A stretch of DNA of 59,231 nucleotides, counting the filler. It is 4 parts of 4 records of this genome, joined end to end, with 100 filler letters (N's around TTAATTAATTAA, not from the genome) between each part and the next. Parts side by side here need not be neighbours in the genome. Positions count along the whole stretch, not along the records: positions 7,425 to 35,113 come from SRR2962707_5441; 3 more parts are not named here. One strand, written 5' to 3'. Below are positions 8,213 to 17,675 of the stretch, piece after piece. Position numbers and translations under genes: made by a program. The number at the start of each line of letters is the position of its first letter. The first letter of the stretch is position 1. Under the pieces are notes generated by a model that saw nothing but the letters and a program-made list of their open reading frames with translations, was not told where the DNA came from and made no database searches.

Positions 8213-10477
8213 TTGAATATGCGTAAATATATGATGGGGACAGTCACCCCGTTGGCGATTATTGCGGCGTCCTGTAGCGCCGCTTGGGCGGATACACTGG
8301 ACAGCGATCCTTTGATTTCGATTTCCGGGGACGGCTCGCTGTTTGCCGACCCAGATGAAGGTGTATTGGAACCCGGCCTTAAGGCGGTAACTTTTACATC
8401 CACGAGAGTTGGCTCAGGTGACAGCGCAACTTATGTCGATCCATTCGAAAACATTATCACTGATTTTTCGACGCTAAGCTCTCGCGGCGACGTTCCAAAC
8501 TGCTTGATGGCAAGCAACCCCGACATCTATTGCGATTCAGCATCTGGATCTGGCAAACGGATCAAGGCTTGGTTGACTGGCCGCAACCCGTTCGATATTC
8601 GGCTGCGCACGACCGCAAGCCCCGCAACGCCTTCGGTTGATTACTTTACTTTTGGTAAGGTTTCCAACTTCACCGGTGCCCGCCTGACCGGCTTTGAGCT
8701 TCAATTGCTGGATGCCGACGGGAACTCAATGGGCGCGCTGACCCCAGCAAATGCTGCTTTGTTCAACCTCAATGCCACGGCTATTGGTCTTGGATCGGGC
8801 TTGCCTGATGGCCTGTTCGGCGAAGGCGGTAACGAGGGCGAGATCGGCTTTTTCTCTGATGAGAAAGCGCGTTTGGCACTTACATCTTCAACCGATGTGC
8901 TGGCATTCGGAGAGCTAACGAACACGGCATATGTCGAAAACTTCGGCAGCTATTTCCTTGATGACTCCATGGTGCCGGACGGTTTGTTCTGGGACGATAA
9001 CACCGATCCGGATGACGAAAGCGCGCTTGTCGCATGGAACAATATTGCTGACGGCGGCTGGACTTACGGTACCTTGGACACAGCGGCAAATATTGCTGCG
9101 CGTCTTCAGGAACTGGCGACGACTTTGGGCGTCGAGGTGGCTGATCTTAATTACGTCGAAGGCGGCCTTCTTCCTGCTGACATTGTTGCGGCTGCAACCG
9201 CAAACGGCTTGTTCGCCATCGATCCGATCGAGGATTTGCGCAATGCGAACCTCAACTACACGACCACAATCGGCACCATTGACGGTGGCGAGATGATACT
9301 TCGGATGGTGCCGCAATTTGCGCCTATCGTGACAAGTGCGACAACAGACTACCAGTTCAGCACAGCAGGCTATCTTGATGCAGCGGCAAACGTACCATAC
9401 TTGGACGTGGGCAATGCAGCAGCCTATCAAACAGCGATCACTGAGCTGCTTGCAATGGATGCGGCTGATAGATCACTGGCATTGGACAGCACGGGCTTTG
9501 GTTATGCAGCAGCATTTTCAAGCGTGGCGTCCGAAGCTGCACGTGGCCAGGTTTCTGCAGTCACGAGCTTTGCGCCATTGGCGGTAAGTACGGATGGTCC
9601 AGCAGCCGTTTCGACCAGAGGCACGGGCAATATTTGGTCCATGACCGATGGAATGTACGGCCTTGCGTCGATCGGCGGGTCGAGTTCAAACTTCGATGCG
9701 ACAAGCACGTCTTTGGGCTACGATGTTGATATCACATCCTTCACAGTCGGCGTCGAAAAGCTCATCGATGGCTCCAACTCTTCGTTGGGTCTGGCACTGG
9801 GTTACATCAACGGTTCTGCAAGTGCGGATAACGGTTTGGGCGATGTAGACGCAGATGGTTACACCCTGACAGCGTTCTCACGGACCCGTTTCGGCCAAGG
9901 TGGATTGGTGCAAGCGTTGATCGGCTATCAGGACCTGTCGTATGACTCCTCCCGATATGTAATGGGTCAGACGGCAACCGGTACCGCAGATGGCTCGCAG
10001 GTCTTTGCGGCGGTGAAAGTCGATTACATGAAAGACAGAGGAGCATTCAAGTTCGGTCCTACTGCGTCGCTCGAATACTATGACAGCTCCGTCGATGGCT
10101 TTACCGAGACTGGTGCAGGCATCTGGAACCGGACCGTGGGCGGGCTTTCGTCAGACACTTTCCTAGCATCGATCGGTGTTCGCGGAGAGTATGCGTTCCA
10201 CAGCGGCGGGAATGAAAACCGTGTGGTCGGCAGCGTCAAATATACAAAGGCGTCCGGTGACGATCTTGTCGTACAAAGCGGCTTTGTAGGTTTGCCCGGT
10301 GCCGCCTCTACCGTGGCCGGACTTGACGAAGACCTGATCGATGTGGCCTTCGGATTTGACAGCGTGTTGTCGTCAACATCCTCCAATCAGGTTGTCCTTC
10401 AAGCCGGTTATCGTGGCAGCTTTGGTAAAGACTATGACAGCCAAGGCGTACATATCGGGATCAAGATGGCCTTCTAA
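8213..10477 (+). CDS. Autotransporter-domain surface protein with a choice-of-anchor-F-like passenger
   Basis: Signal peptide ending AAWA; acidic passenger with NCLMA...CD...SGKRIK and KVSNFTGARLTGFELQL; C-terminal amphipathic beta-barrel ending in F. Confidence 0.8.
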   Translation: MNMRKYMMGTVTPLAIIAASCSAAWADTLDSDPLISISGDGSLFADPDEGVLEPGLKAVTFTSTRVGSGDSATYVDPFENIITDFSTLSSRGDVPNCLMASNPDIYCDSASGSGKRIKAWLTGRNPFDIRLRTTASPATPSVDYFTFGKVSNFTGARLTGFELQLLDADGNSMGALTPANAALFNLNATAIGLGSGLPDGLFGEGGNEGEIGFFSDEKARLALTSSTDVLAFGELTNTAYVENFGSYFLDDSMVPDGLFWDDNTDPDDESALVAWNNIADGGWTYGTLDTAANIAARLQELATTLGVEVADLNYVEGGLLPADIVAAATANGLFAIDPIEDLRNANLNYTTTIGTIDGGEMILRMVPQFAPIVTSATTDYQFSTAGYLDAAANVPYLDVGNAAAYQTAITELLAMDAADRSLALDSTGFGYAAAFSSVASEAARGQVSAVTSFAPLAVSTDGPAAVSTRGTGNIWSMTDGMYGLASIGGSSSNFDATSTSLGYDVDITSFTVGVEKLIDGSNSSLGLALGYINGSASADNGLGDVDADGYTLTAFSRTRFGQGGLVQALIGYQDLSYDSSRYVMGQTATGTADGSQVFAAVKVDYMKDRGAFKFGPTASLEYYDSSVDGFTETGAGIWNRTVGGLSSDTFLASIGVRGEYAFHSGGNENRVVGSVKYTKASGDDLVVQSGFVGLPGAASTVAGLDEDLIDVAFGFDSVLSSTSSNQVVLQAGYRGSFGKDYDSQGVHIGIKMAF

Positions 10478-10504
10478 TTAACCAAGCCATCCTACTAACC
10501 ATGT

Positions 10505-10531
10505 AAACGGCGTCTAGTTTAGACGCCGTTT
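10505..10531. terminator. Hairpin/terminator after the autotransporter
   Basis: AAACGGCGTCTA-GTT-TAGACGCCGTTT, perfect 12-bp stem. Confidence 0.7.
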
Positions 10532-10760
10532 GCGATTCCAGCGTATATCTTGCCAGCCGGAAGCTTTCAGTAAGCTGCGAGAGTGCGACCAGAATGCTTG
10601 GCGAAGAACGCAAATCCGGAGCGACGATGTCGGATAAGGTCCGCGCTAAATCGGGTATTTGCAAAGGCTGGCATTTCATTGGTGCGGACACGGCACCACG
10701 CCCAAAAACGGTGCCGCAGATCAGCGCAATCATCTAAAACGAAAAAAAACAATAACTTGG

Positions 10761-10775
10761 GCGGCAGTTTGCCGC
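10761..10775. promoter_or_regulatory. Possible RegA/PrrA/RegR box
   Basis: GCGGC-AGTTT-GCCGC (GCGGC-N5-GYCGC form) about 100 bp upstream of the response regulator. Confidence 0.35.
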
Positions 10776-10873
10776 ACACGCAATATTTCTGCCGCATTCC
10801 ACCTATAGTTCGAAACGTGCTATAGATCGTGCAAGACGCCGCCCTTGGACGGCGTCATGTTGAAGGATGTGAA

Positions 10874-11839
10874 ATGAAAATACTTGCTGTTGACGACGAT
10901 GAAGTCATCCGCGGACTTTTAGCCGAGATTTTAAAGATCATCGGATTTACGGATGTCACCTTCGCGGCGTCAGGGAAAGAAGCCCTGAATATTTTGCAGG
11001 CAGCAAAAGATCCTTTCGAGTGTTTCCTGCTGGATATTGAGATGCCGGGTATGACGGGCATCACCTTGGTCACGCACATCCGGAAAATGGCTGAATACGC
11101 AAGAACACCAATACTGATGGTCACGTCAATGGCTGAACGTGTGTATGTCGACAACGCGTTTGCCGCCGGTGCCACTGATTATGTGAACAAGCCAATTGAT
11201 GTCGGCGAGATGCACGCACGATTGCAGCTGGTTTCCGAACTGGTGGCCGAGCGGAAGAAAGCCAAAGGGGCCCACGCGGGTGGTGCCGATGTGGCGCTTG
11301 CCCCGGCAGACACAAGCGAGCGTCTGCATATCGAGAATATTGACGGTGTCATCGACTATCTTTCGCTCGAAAACTATTTGCTGCAACTGTCGCGATTGTC
11401 GTTGTTCGGCAATTGCGCCTTTGGCGTCGCGATCAAAGATTCAAAGCACCTGTTCCAAGGGCTAAGCAGTTACGAGTTTCATTCCGCCATCACCGATGTC
11501 GCAGAGGCATTGTCGGAATGTTTGAAACCACACCGGTTTTTCCTGGCACATATCGGGGGCGGCGATTTCGCGGGGATCAGTGACGCCGGGCGCCAGTTTG
11601 ATGCCAGCGAATTCGAAACCGCAGTGAGCGACAAGCTGCGAGAGATGGATCTTTACTATTCTAACGGTCGCCCGATGATGGTTCATCTCGCGGTCAGCGA
11701 TCCGATCCAGTTGGACTGGCGGTCTTCGCGCAGTTCGGTCAACGCCCTGCTCGAGGCGGTAGGACAGGCAGAGCAAAAGACCCTTTCGCCGGCGGATGCA
11801 CTGATCGAGATTCAGCCGCCTGTTAAGCCAGGGCACTAG
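10874..11839 (+). CDS. Response regulator: receiver domain plus degenerate GGDEF-like domain
   Basis: KILAVDDD, LLDIEMP, MVTS, YVNKP intact; HIGGGDF in place of GGDEF. Confidence 0.85.
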   Translation: MKILAVDDDEVIRGLLAEILKIIGFTDVTFAASGKEALNILQAAKDPFECFLLDIEMPGMTGITLVTHIRKMAEYARTPILMVTSMAERVYVDNAFAAGATDYVNKPIDVGEMHARLQLVSELVAERKKAKGAHAGGADVALAPADTSERLHIENIDGVIDYLSLENYLLQLSRLSLFGNCAFGVAIKDSKHLFQGLSSYEFHSAITDVAEALSECLKPHRFFLAHIGGGDFAGISDAGRQFDASEFETAVSDKLREMDLYYSNGRPMMVHLAVSDPIQLDWRSSRSSVNALLEAVGQAEQKTLSPADALIEIQPPVKPGH

Positions 11840-11858
11840 TAAAAAGGGTAGGTACCCA

Positions 11859-12179
11859 ATGAATGGCGATTTTCTTGCTGGCATGGAAAAGGTGCGGGTA
11901 AAGTTTTTATCCGAATTATCGGTGCGCAAGCAGTCGCTGAATGACGCCTATTCCACGCTGGTGGCCGAGGGTGCAGATGATAGCGTGATCCAGGACATAT
12001 CCTGGATCGCACATAAGGTGTCGGGATCCGCCGCTACCCTTGGCTTTAAAGAACTGGGCCGGCAGGCGTCGCGGACGGAGCGGTTGATACTCCAATCCGC
12101 GGGCGACCAAACCCTTGATGATGGTGCATTACGGGTCGAAGTGGTCGAGCTTCTCCGATTGATGGATGACCCCAGCTGA
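11859..12179 (+). CDS. Stand-alone Hpt phosphotransfer protein
   Basis: AHKVSGSAATLGF Hpt motif; 106-aa helical protein. Confidence 0.85.
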   Translation: MNGDFLAGMEKVRVKFLSELSVRKQSLNDAYSTLVAEGADDSVIQDISWIAHKVSGSAATLGFKELGRQASRTERLILQSAGDQTLDDGALRVEVVELLRLMDDPS

Positions 12180-12310
12180 CCCGGACAACGGACCACCCTG
12201 CGGTAGCACCGAACCCGACCTTCACCATGCGCCTAGGCCTTTGCCTGTGAAGGTAGGGAGAATTTCACCGGCCTATCAAACTGTGGGTTGGGGGCAGGGG
12301 CCCCGTTATC

Positions 12311-13678
12311 TTAGCCCGCAGATTTCAACGTCACTTTGAACGTCGTTCCCATACCCAGTTCGCTATCGTATTCGATGGTGCCGCCATGGCCCTCAACGAT
12401 ACGCTTTGAGATCGACAGCCCCAGACCTGTCCCTTGGAATTTGCGCTGGTCACTTGAATCAATCTGACCGAATTCTTCAAAGATCTGGGTCTCACTGCCT
12501 TCGGGGATCCCGATGCCATTATCTGACACCGACAAGACAAGGTTTTCACCTTCGCTGGCCAGAGACACATGTACAATGCCACCCGTCTCCGAAAACTTGG
12601 CTGCGTTGGAAAGCAGGTTCGTAACCACCTGACCTAAACGCTTTTTGTCACCCAGAACAAAATGTTTTTCCTGCGGAATATCAACGTCTACCTCGACGTT
12701 CAGTGTTTTGGCATAGGGTTGAAAGTTATGGATGTTCGCGGTCACGAGGCTGCCCATATCAACCATTTCCAAGTTTAGCGTAAACTTGCCCGCATCCGAG
12801 GATTGCAACAAAAGCAGATCACCGACGAGGTCGATCAGACGGCTGCTGTTGCTGCGGGCAATGCCCAGCAGGCGGGACATCTTGGCGGGAACTTCCCCGG
12901 CAGAGCCCACATCGATAAGATCAAGCGCGCCCTTGATCGACGTCAAAGGCGTGCGCAGTTCATGGCTGACCGTGGCGAGGAAGCGTGTTTTCGCCTCGCT
13001 TGCGGCCAGCGCGTTCTTGTGTTCGATCTGAAGGGCGAGGCGGCTTTTGAGCAGAACCGTGTAGCCCAAGATAAAGGTGCGCGCGAGTTCAAGAACAAAG
13101 CCCAATACAAACAATACCGTAAAGAGATTGAGCCAAATCTCGGACTTGAGCGGTGGCCTGACGATCCACACGTCGCGAATGGCAATATACAGAATTGCAG
13201 CCACATAAATGGCGAGCCGCGAAGCGAGGACAGGAATAAACTGGTGGTTGTTCATAGTCGCAAAAATTGAGGCCGAAACAAGCAAAAATAAAGGCAGGAA
13301 GTGCCCGCTGTCGGTGCCCTGCTGAATGGCGATCGAGACGCAAAACAACGAGATGGTTACCGCGCTCAGAATCGTCCCGAAGTAGATGTGGTAAAACGTC
13401 CTCCGCGGCTTCATCGTCTTTGACGCGCTGGTCGCTAGAACGTGGCGCATTAAAAGGGTGTCATATGTCTCGCAAATACCAATCGCTATAAGGAAAAATA
13501 GCGCCACCTTCGGGTCATAGTAAAAGCCCGCAAGACCCAGTGCTGACAGGTAAATGATGGCTCTTTGCCAGAACAGTTTTTGTCCAACAATTGCATAGTC
13601 ACGCAACCGTTTCAAAACGGAGCGGTGTTCGGCCACATTTATGCCTGGCAAGGATATAAGGTCTTTAGAGTCTACCAT
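12311..13678 (-). CDS. Membrane sensor histidine kinase (about 6 TM, HisKA, HATPase; no receiver)
   Basis: FLATVSHELRTPLTSI, NLLSNAAKF, DNGIGIP, GTGLGL; hydrophobic N-terminus; start placed at ATG 13678. Confidence 0.92.
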   Translation of the reverse strand: MVDSKDLISLPGINVAEHRSVLKRLRDYAIVGQKLFWQRAIIYLSALGLAGFYYDPKVALFFLIAIGICETYDTLLMRHVLATSASKTMKPRRTFYHIYFGTILSAVTISLFCVSIAIQQGTDSGHFLPLFLLVSASIFATMNNHQFIPVLASRLAIYVAAILYIAIRDVWIVRPPLKSEIWLNLFTVLFVLGFVLELARTFILGYTVLLKSRLALQIEHKNALAASEAKTRFLATVSHELRTPLTSIKGALDLIDVGSAGEVPAKMSRLLGIARSNSSRLIDLVGDLLLLQSSDAGKFTLNLEMVDMGSLVTANIHNFQPYAKTLNVEVDVDIPQEKHFVLGDKKRLGQVVTNLLSNAAKFSETGGIVHVSLASEGENLVLSVSDNGIGIPEGSETQIFEEFGQIDSSDQRKFQGTGLGLSISKRIVEGHGGTIEYDSELGMGTTFKVTLKSAG

Positions 13679-13836
13679 ACTTGAGCGTCCCGTCAGCCCT
13701 GGAGGGCATCTACTAAAAAAAACATGCGACCATACTACTTTGGGTGGAAATTTTGTTGCGAATATGGCAGAAACATGGCTGTATACCATTTATTAACTTT
13801 TTTCGGTCTCGTAACCAAGGCGTTAGGTAGTAAAAT

Positions 13837-14544
13837 ATGGGGTTTCATAAGGTAAAGGCGATTGGTGAGGCTGAATCGGTAGAGATCAAGGTTTCTTCCA
13901 GCCGCAAATCGACCGCACATAAGGTGGATCCGCCGCTGCCGTCGATGGTAACCAGAATTGAAGAAACCGTTGTATCTGCCAATAACCAGCACCACTATGG
14001 GCAGCTTTACGCGGATAACCTTCGGGCGCGCAAAGCGGTATTCATTGATCAGAAATCGTGGGATCTGCCCCAAACCGACGGGATGGAGTTCGATCAGTAC
14101 GACACACCGCAAAGCCGTTCGGTCGTGATCCACGAATACGGGCGCGTATTGGCGGGTGTCCGGCTTTTGCCGACGACAGCGCGCTGTGGATGCTATTCAT
14201 ATATGCTTCGGGATGCGCAGCTTGGGTTGCTGCCTAATATCCCCGAGCACGTGCTTTATGAGCGCGCACCGGTGATGCCCCATGTCTGGGAGGCAACACG
14301 GCTTTTCCTGACCAAAGACGAACCCGCCGAGCGCCGCCTGTTTATTCAAACCAAACTGATCAAGGCAATGGCGCGTGCCGCTACTGAGCAGGGCGCAACC
14401 CATGTGATCGGCATCGTGCCAGCTGTTTTCCAGCGTTGGATGAACCGTCTGGGGCTTAACGCGCTACCGATGGGGCCAAAGCTGGACATTAGCGGCGATC
14501 ACACGCAGGCCGCCGTAATGCATGTGGCTGGCCAATCATCTTAG
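13837..14544 (+). CDS. luxI: Acyl-homoserine-lactone synthase (LuxI family); start may be ATG 13945
   Basis: RKAVFIDQKSWDL, EFDQYD, GVRLLPT, SYMLRDAQLGLL, VWEATR signature residues. Confidence 0.9.
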   Translation: MGFHKVKAIGEAESVEIKVSSSRKSTAHKVDPPLPSMVTRIEETVVSANNQHHYGQLYADNLRARKAVFIDQKSWDLPQTDGMEFDQYDTPQSRSVVIHEYGRVLAGVRLLPTTARCGCYSYMLRDAQLGLLPNIPEHVLYERAPVMPHVWEATRLFLTKDEPAERRLFIQTKLIKAMARAATEQGATHVIGIVPAVFQRWMNRLGLNALPMGPKLDISGDHTQAAVMHVAGQSS

Positions 14545-14790
14545 GTCTCAAGAGAGCAGTAACTGGGTAGTCGCCTGCGAGCGTCCTGCATGAGCAGAAG
14601 AAATTATTGAGAACCTTGAGTCAGCTCTTCAAGGCTAAAAGCATGCGTGCCGCGTTGGAAAATCACATAAGCTAAATGGGCGCTCGAACCATCTTGTGGG
14701 TGATTTGCTAGCTAAAGGGTCGCTAGGACGAAACCGACCGTACTTCGGTAGGCGCAAAACCGGCATAGTATTGTATATGATCTGTAAAAG

Positions 14791-14899
14791 TGGTGCCCAG
14801 GGGCGGATTGCATACATCTAGGAAAAACAATGATTTGTGAAAAAGTGGGGCACTAAATTTGATCATAGTTTATTGGGAGATTTCGAATTGTTGTCCCAC
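14791..14899 (-). mobile_element. att-site remnant: duplicated tRNA 3' end (probably tRNA-Leu) plus putative integrase arm sites
   Basis: Minus strand TCCGCCCCTGGGCACCA (14791-14807) without the rest of a tRNA; AT-rich flank with imperfect inverted repeats GTGGGGCA (14845-14852) and TGTCCCAC (14892-14899). Confidence 0.6.
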
Positions 14900-15600
14900 G
14901 GGTTTGTATGGCTGGCTCGCTCGTGCTGAACTAAGCGTCGGGTCTCATTGGGGCGTGAGGTGGCTTTTTTTTGGGGGGGGGCAAGCTGATGCGGAGCTAT
15001 TTTCAAAAATCCGCTGATAGGATAGCCCCTTGGGCAGCTCGAGAAATAAAGTAGCTGGGGATCCGTGACTTACTGACATTGTTGCTTGCGCGCGCCGCAG
15101 ACAATACCCACTTGAACAGTTGTGCTGTTTACCCCGCATTGTGCTTTCAACGCGGGGTGATGTCCTTGAACGGCGCAGTGAAGGGCGGGAAGCCGTCATT
15201 TGCTTCACGATGAGCCAAGAACACTCTCTTAGCAAATAACGCTATTTGGACACATAAGCGCTGACGTCAGACAGCAGAGTGCAATACGCATCGGTTACCG
15301 CCACGGACGCAGGTGCCATCCACATGCGAATTCAAGCGACGCCAAGATCGGCGTTTGACGGGGCGTGTCGCTATCTCCAAGACAACCTAGCGTACCTGTC
15401 GCGGAATTCTCCTCAAACATCCAATCGAAACCTGACTAATCAACAGACCCATGACATGTCTACCGACCTGTCCCAGGCCAACGCAGAAATATCTGCTGAC
15501 CGCTAAGTTATAAAAACCCTACCTTCGTCGTGCGTTTCGTGAACCGACAGATCGCGGAGACCATGCGCAGCGCGTTATAAGTGACTTTCTACGCGGGTAT

Positions 15601-16356
15601 CTAGGGTTTGGACGCACTGATTGCGTAGCGATGTTCGGAGCGACGCAGAAGTGATTTTCGCCAATCAAGCTGTGTGGCTTGCGCGCGGTGAATTGGTGCG
15701 AGCCGTGTGTCGATAACAATCTCGTCGTATCCGGTTGAACGTAACAATGCAGCCACTTGATCCGCGCGTGCCCCAGCACTGAAATGTACCTTGGCAAGGA
15801 TATCCTTGTGACGGGCAGCATTGGCCGCGGACATTGCGCTGTGCGATCCATCTGGCATAATCCACTGAAATATCCTGCCCAGCAGGCTGCGGGATACAAA
15901 ATCGCCATCCACAATCAACAATTTTCCTCCTGGCTTGAGCACACGAAACCATTCGGCAAAGGCGGCCGCAGGGTCCACCAATGTCCAGACTAGATGGCGC
16001 GTGACGATCACGTCCATGCTGTCCGAGGGCAGCGTCGTGCGCTCTGCGTCGGCCTGCAGAAAGATCACGTCCGGAAGTTTTCCCCGCGCACGTTCCAGCA
16101 TCGGTTCCGCCCAATCAAGACCCGTAACAACAAAGCCCAACCGCTGACACAAACGCGCGATTTCTCCCGTGCCTGACGCAAGATCGAGAAGTGCGCGCCC
16201 GTCTCCATCGCTAAGATGACGCCGAAACAGAACCTCCCACTCGGCCATTTCGGTACCGTCATCTATGCGGTGGCCAGGATCATCGTCAAAAGTGGCCGCG
16301 CGGTCCGACCAATAGTCGCGGATATCGTCGCGCAGGTTTCGGTTAGTTGGCGTCAT
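15601..16356 (-). CDS. Class I SAM-dependent methyltransferase
   Basis: LLDLASGTG, DVIVTRHLVWTL, RVLKPGG. Confidence 0.9.
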   Translation of the reverse strand: MTPTNRNLRDDIRDYWSDRAATFDDDPGHRIDDGTEMAEWEVLFRRHLSDGDGRALLDLASGTGEIARLCQRLGFVVTGLDWAEPMLERARGKLPDVIFLQADAERTTLPSDSMDVIVTRHLVWTLVDPAAAFAEWFRVLKPGGKLLIVDGDFVSRSLLGRIFQWIMPDGSHSAMSAANAARHKDILAKVHFSAGARADQVAALLRSTGYDEIVIDTRLAPIHRAQATQLDWRKSLLRRSEHRYAISASKP

Positions 16357-16391
16357 GATGTTACTCCAATAGTGTTATCGTCGTTTTATTT

Positions 16392-16435
16392 AGTTGATTA
16401 AAAGTGTCAACTTTTTAATTGACTGAAACAGTATG
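16392..16435. promoter_or_regulatory. Iron-responsive TGA-N9-TCA operator(s) (Iron-Rhodo/IRO-like)
   Basis: AGTTGA-TTAAAAGTG-TCAACT palindrome (16392-16412) and partial TTGA-CTGAAACAG-TATG (16419-16435) in the divergent promoter. Confidence 0.65.
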
Positions 16436-16478
16436 GAATACTAGGCGGTCTGGAGAGATCATTCTTCAGGAGCTTTAC

Positions 16479-17615
16479 ATGACCCTTCGTCCACTTCTCG
16501 GTGCCACTGCGCTGAGTCTTTTCGCAGCCAGCCTTGTGCAAGCCGATCCCATCACCCTGACCGACATCGCCGGTCGCGAAGTTACGGTCGACGCACCGGT
16601 CGAACGCGTGATCCTGGGCGAGGGTCGGCAGGTCTTCTTTACTGCAGTATTGGACAGTGAAAACCCATTCGACCGCGTCGTGGGTTGGCGCGACGATTTC
16701 CGCCAGGCCTCACCGGAAAGCTATGACATCTACGCCGAGAAATTCCCGCAATTGAAGGACATCCCGACCTTTGGCGGGTTCAAAGACGGGTCGTTTGACA
16801 TCGAACAAGCGGTGGCGTTGAATCCCGACGTGCTGATCATGAACCTTGAATCCAAGGCCGCGACAGACGAGGCAGGTTACGAGGCTAAGTTGGCCAAGGT
16901 CGGCATCCCTATCGTTTACGTAGACTTTCGTGAAAAGCCGTTCGAGCACACCACGCAGTCTATGAATATCGTCGGGCAACTCTTCGGCGAAGAAGACAAA
17001 GCCGCGGAATTCCAGACCTTCTACGAAGAACAGATGGCCCGCGTAACTGATGTGATCGCAGCGCAGCAGGATCTGCAGCGCCCGCTGGTCTTCGTCGAGC
17101 GCGCCGGCGGCTATTCCGAAGATTGCTGCATGTCCTTTGGTGACGGCAACTTTGGCCGGTTCGTGGAACTGGCAGGGGGCACCAACATGGGATCAGAGTT
17201 TATTCCCGGCACCTTTGGCACGGTGAACGCCGAACAAGTCATCGCCTCGGACCCCGATCAGATTGTCGTCACGGGTGGCAATTGGGACGCTTATGTACCC
17301 GGCGGCGCATGGATTGGCATGGGGCCGGGCTCGGACATGGCCGAAGCAAACCGCAAACTCGCAGCTCTGATGGAACGGCCTGCTTATACAGGCGTGAAAG
17401 CAGTTAATAGCGGGCAGGTCCACGGCATTTGGCACCAATTTTATAACTCGCCCTACAGCTTTATCGCCGTCCAACGGCTGGCAACATGGCTTCACCCTGA
17501 GCTTTTTCCCGATCTTAACCCCGAAGCAACGCTGAAAGAGCTGCACACCCGGTTTTTGCCGGTGGATTACAGCCCGGGTTATTGGACCACTCTGGGCGAC
17601 ACAGCGGGCAACTAA
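16479..17615 (+). CDS. Iron-siderophore/cobalamin-type ABC substrate-binding protein
   Basis: Signal peptide, TLTDIAGREVTV, ERVILGEGR, EQVIASDPD, IWHQFYNSP. Confidence 0.9.
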   Translation: MTLRPLLGATALSLFAASLVQADPITLTDIAGREVTVDAPVERVILGEGRQVFFTAVLDSENPFDRVVGWRDDFRQASPESYDIYAEKFPQLKDIPTFGGFKDGSFDIEQAVALNPDVLIMNLESKAATDEAGYEAKLAKVGIPIVYVDFREKPFEHTTQSMNIVGQLFGEEDKAAEFQTFYEEQMARVTDVIAAQQDLQRPLVFVERAGGYSEDCCMSFGDGNFGRFVELAGGTNMGSEFIPGTFGTVNAEQVIASDPDQIVVTGGNWDAYVPGGAWIGMGPGSDMAEANRKLAALMERPAYTGVKAVNSGQVHGIWHQFYNSPYSFIAVQRLATWLHPELFPDLNPEATLKELHTRFLPVDYSPGYWTTLGDTAGN

Positions 17616-17675
17616 GTCCGTTTGCATCTAAACATGGCGGCCCTTAACGGGCCGCCAAATGCCATTGGGGACACC

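Noticed and set aside
13679-13836. lux box between the kinase and luxI
   Set aside because: No convincing 18-20-bp palindrome found by eye.
14965-14981. T8-G9 homopolymer as a phase-variation switch
   Set aside because: Not within a credible gene or promoter.
14945-15506. Short ORFs of 96 and 75 aa
   Set aside because: No motifs or clear RBS; likely decayed island-edge DNA.
16357-16478. Cobalamin riboswitch upstream of the ABC transporter
   Set aside because: The spacer is too short and AT-rich and lacks a B12 box; iron-type boxes explain it better.
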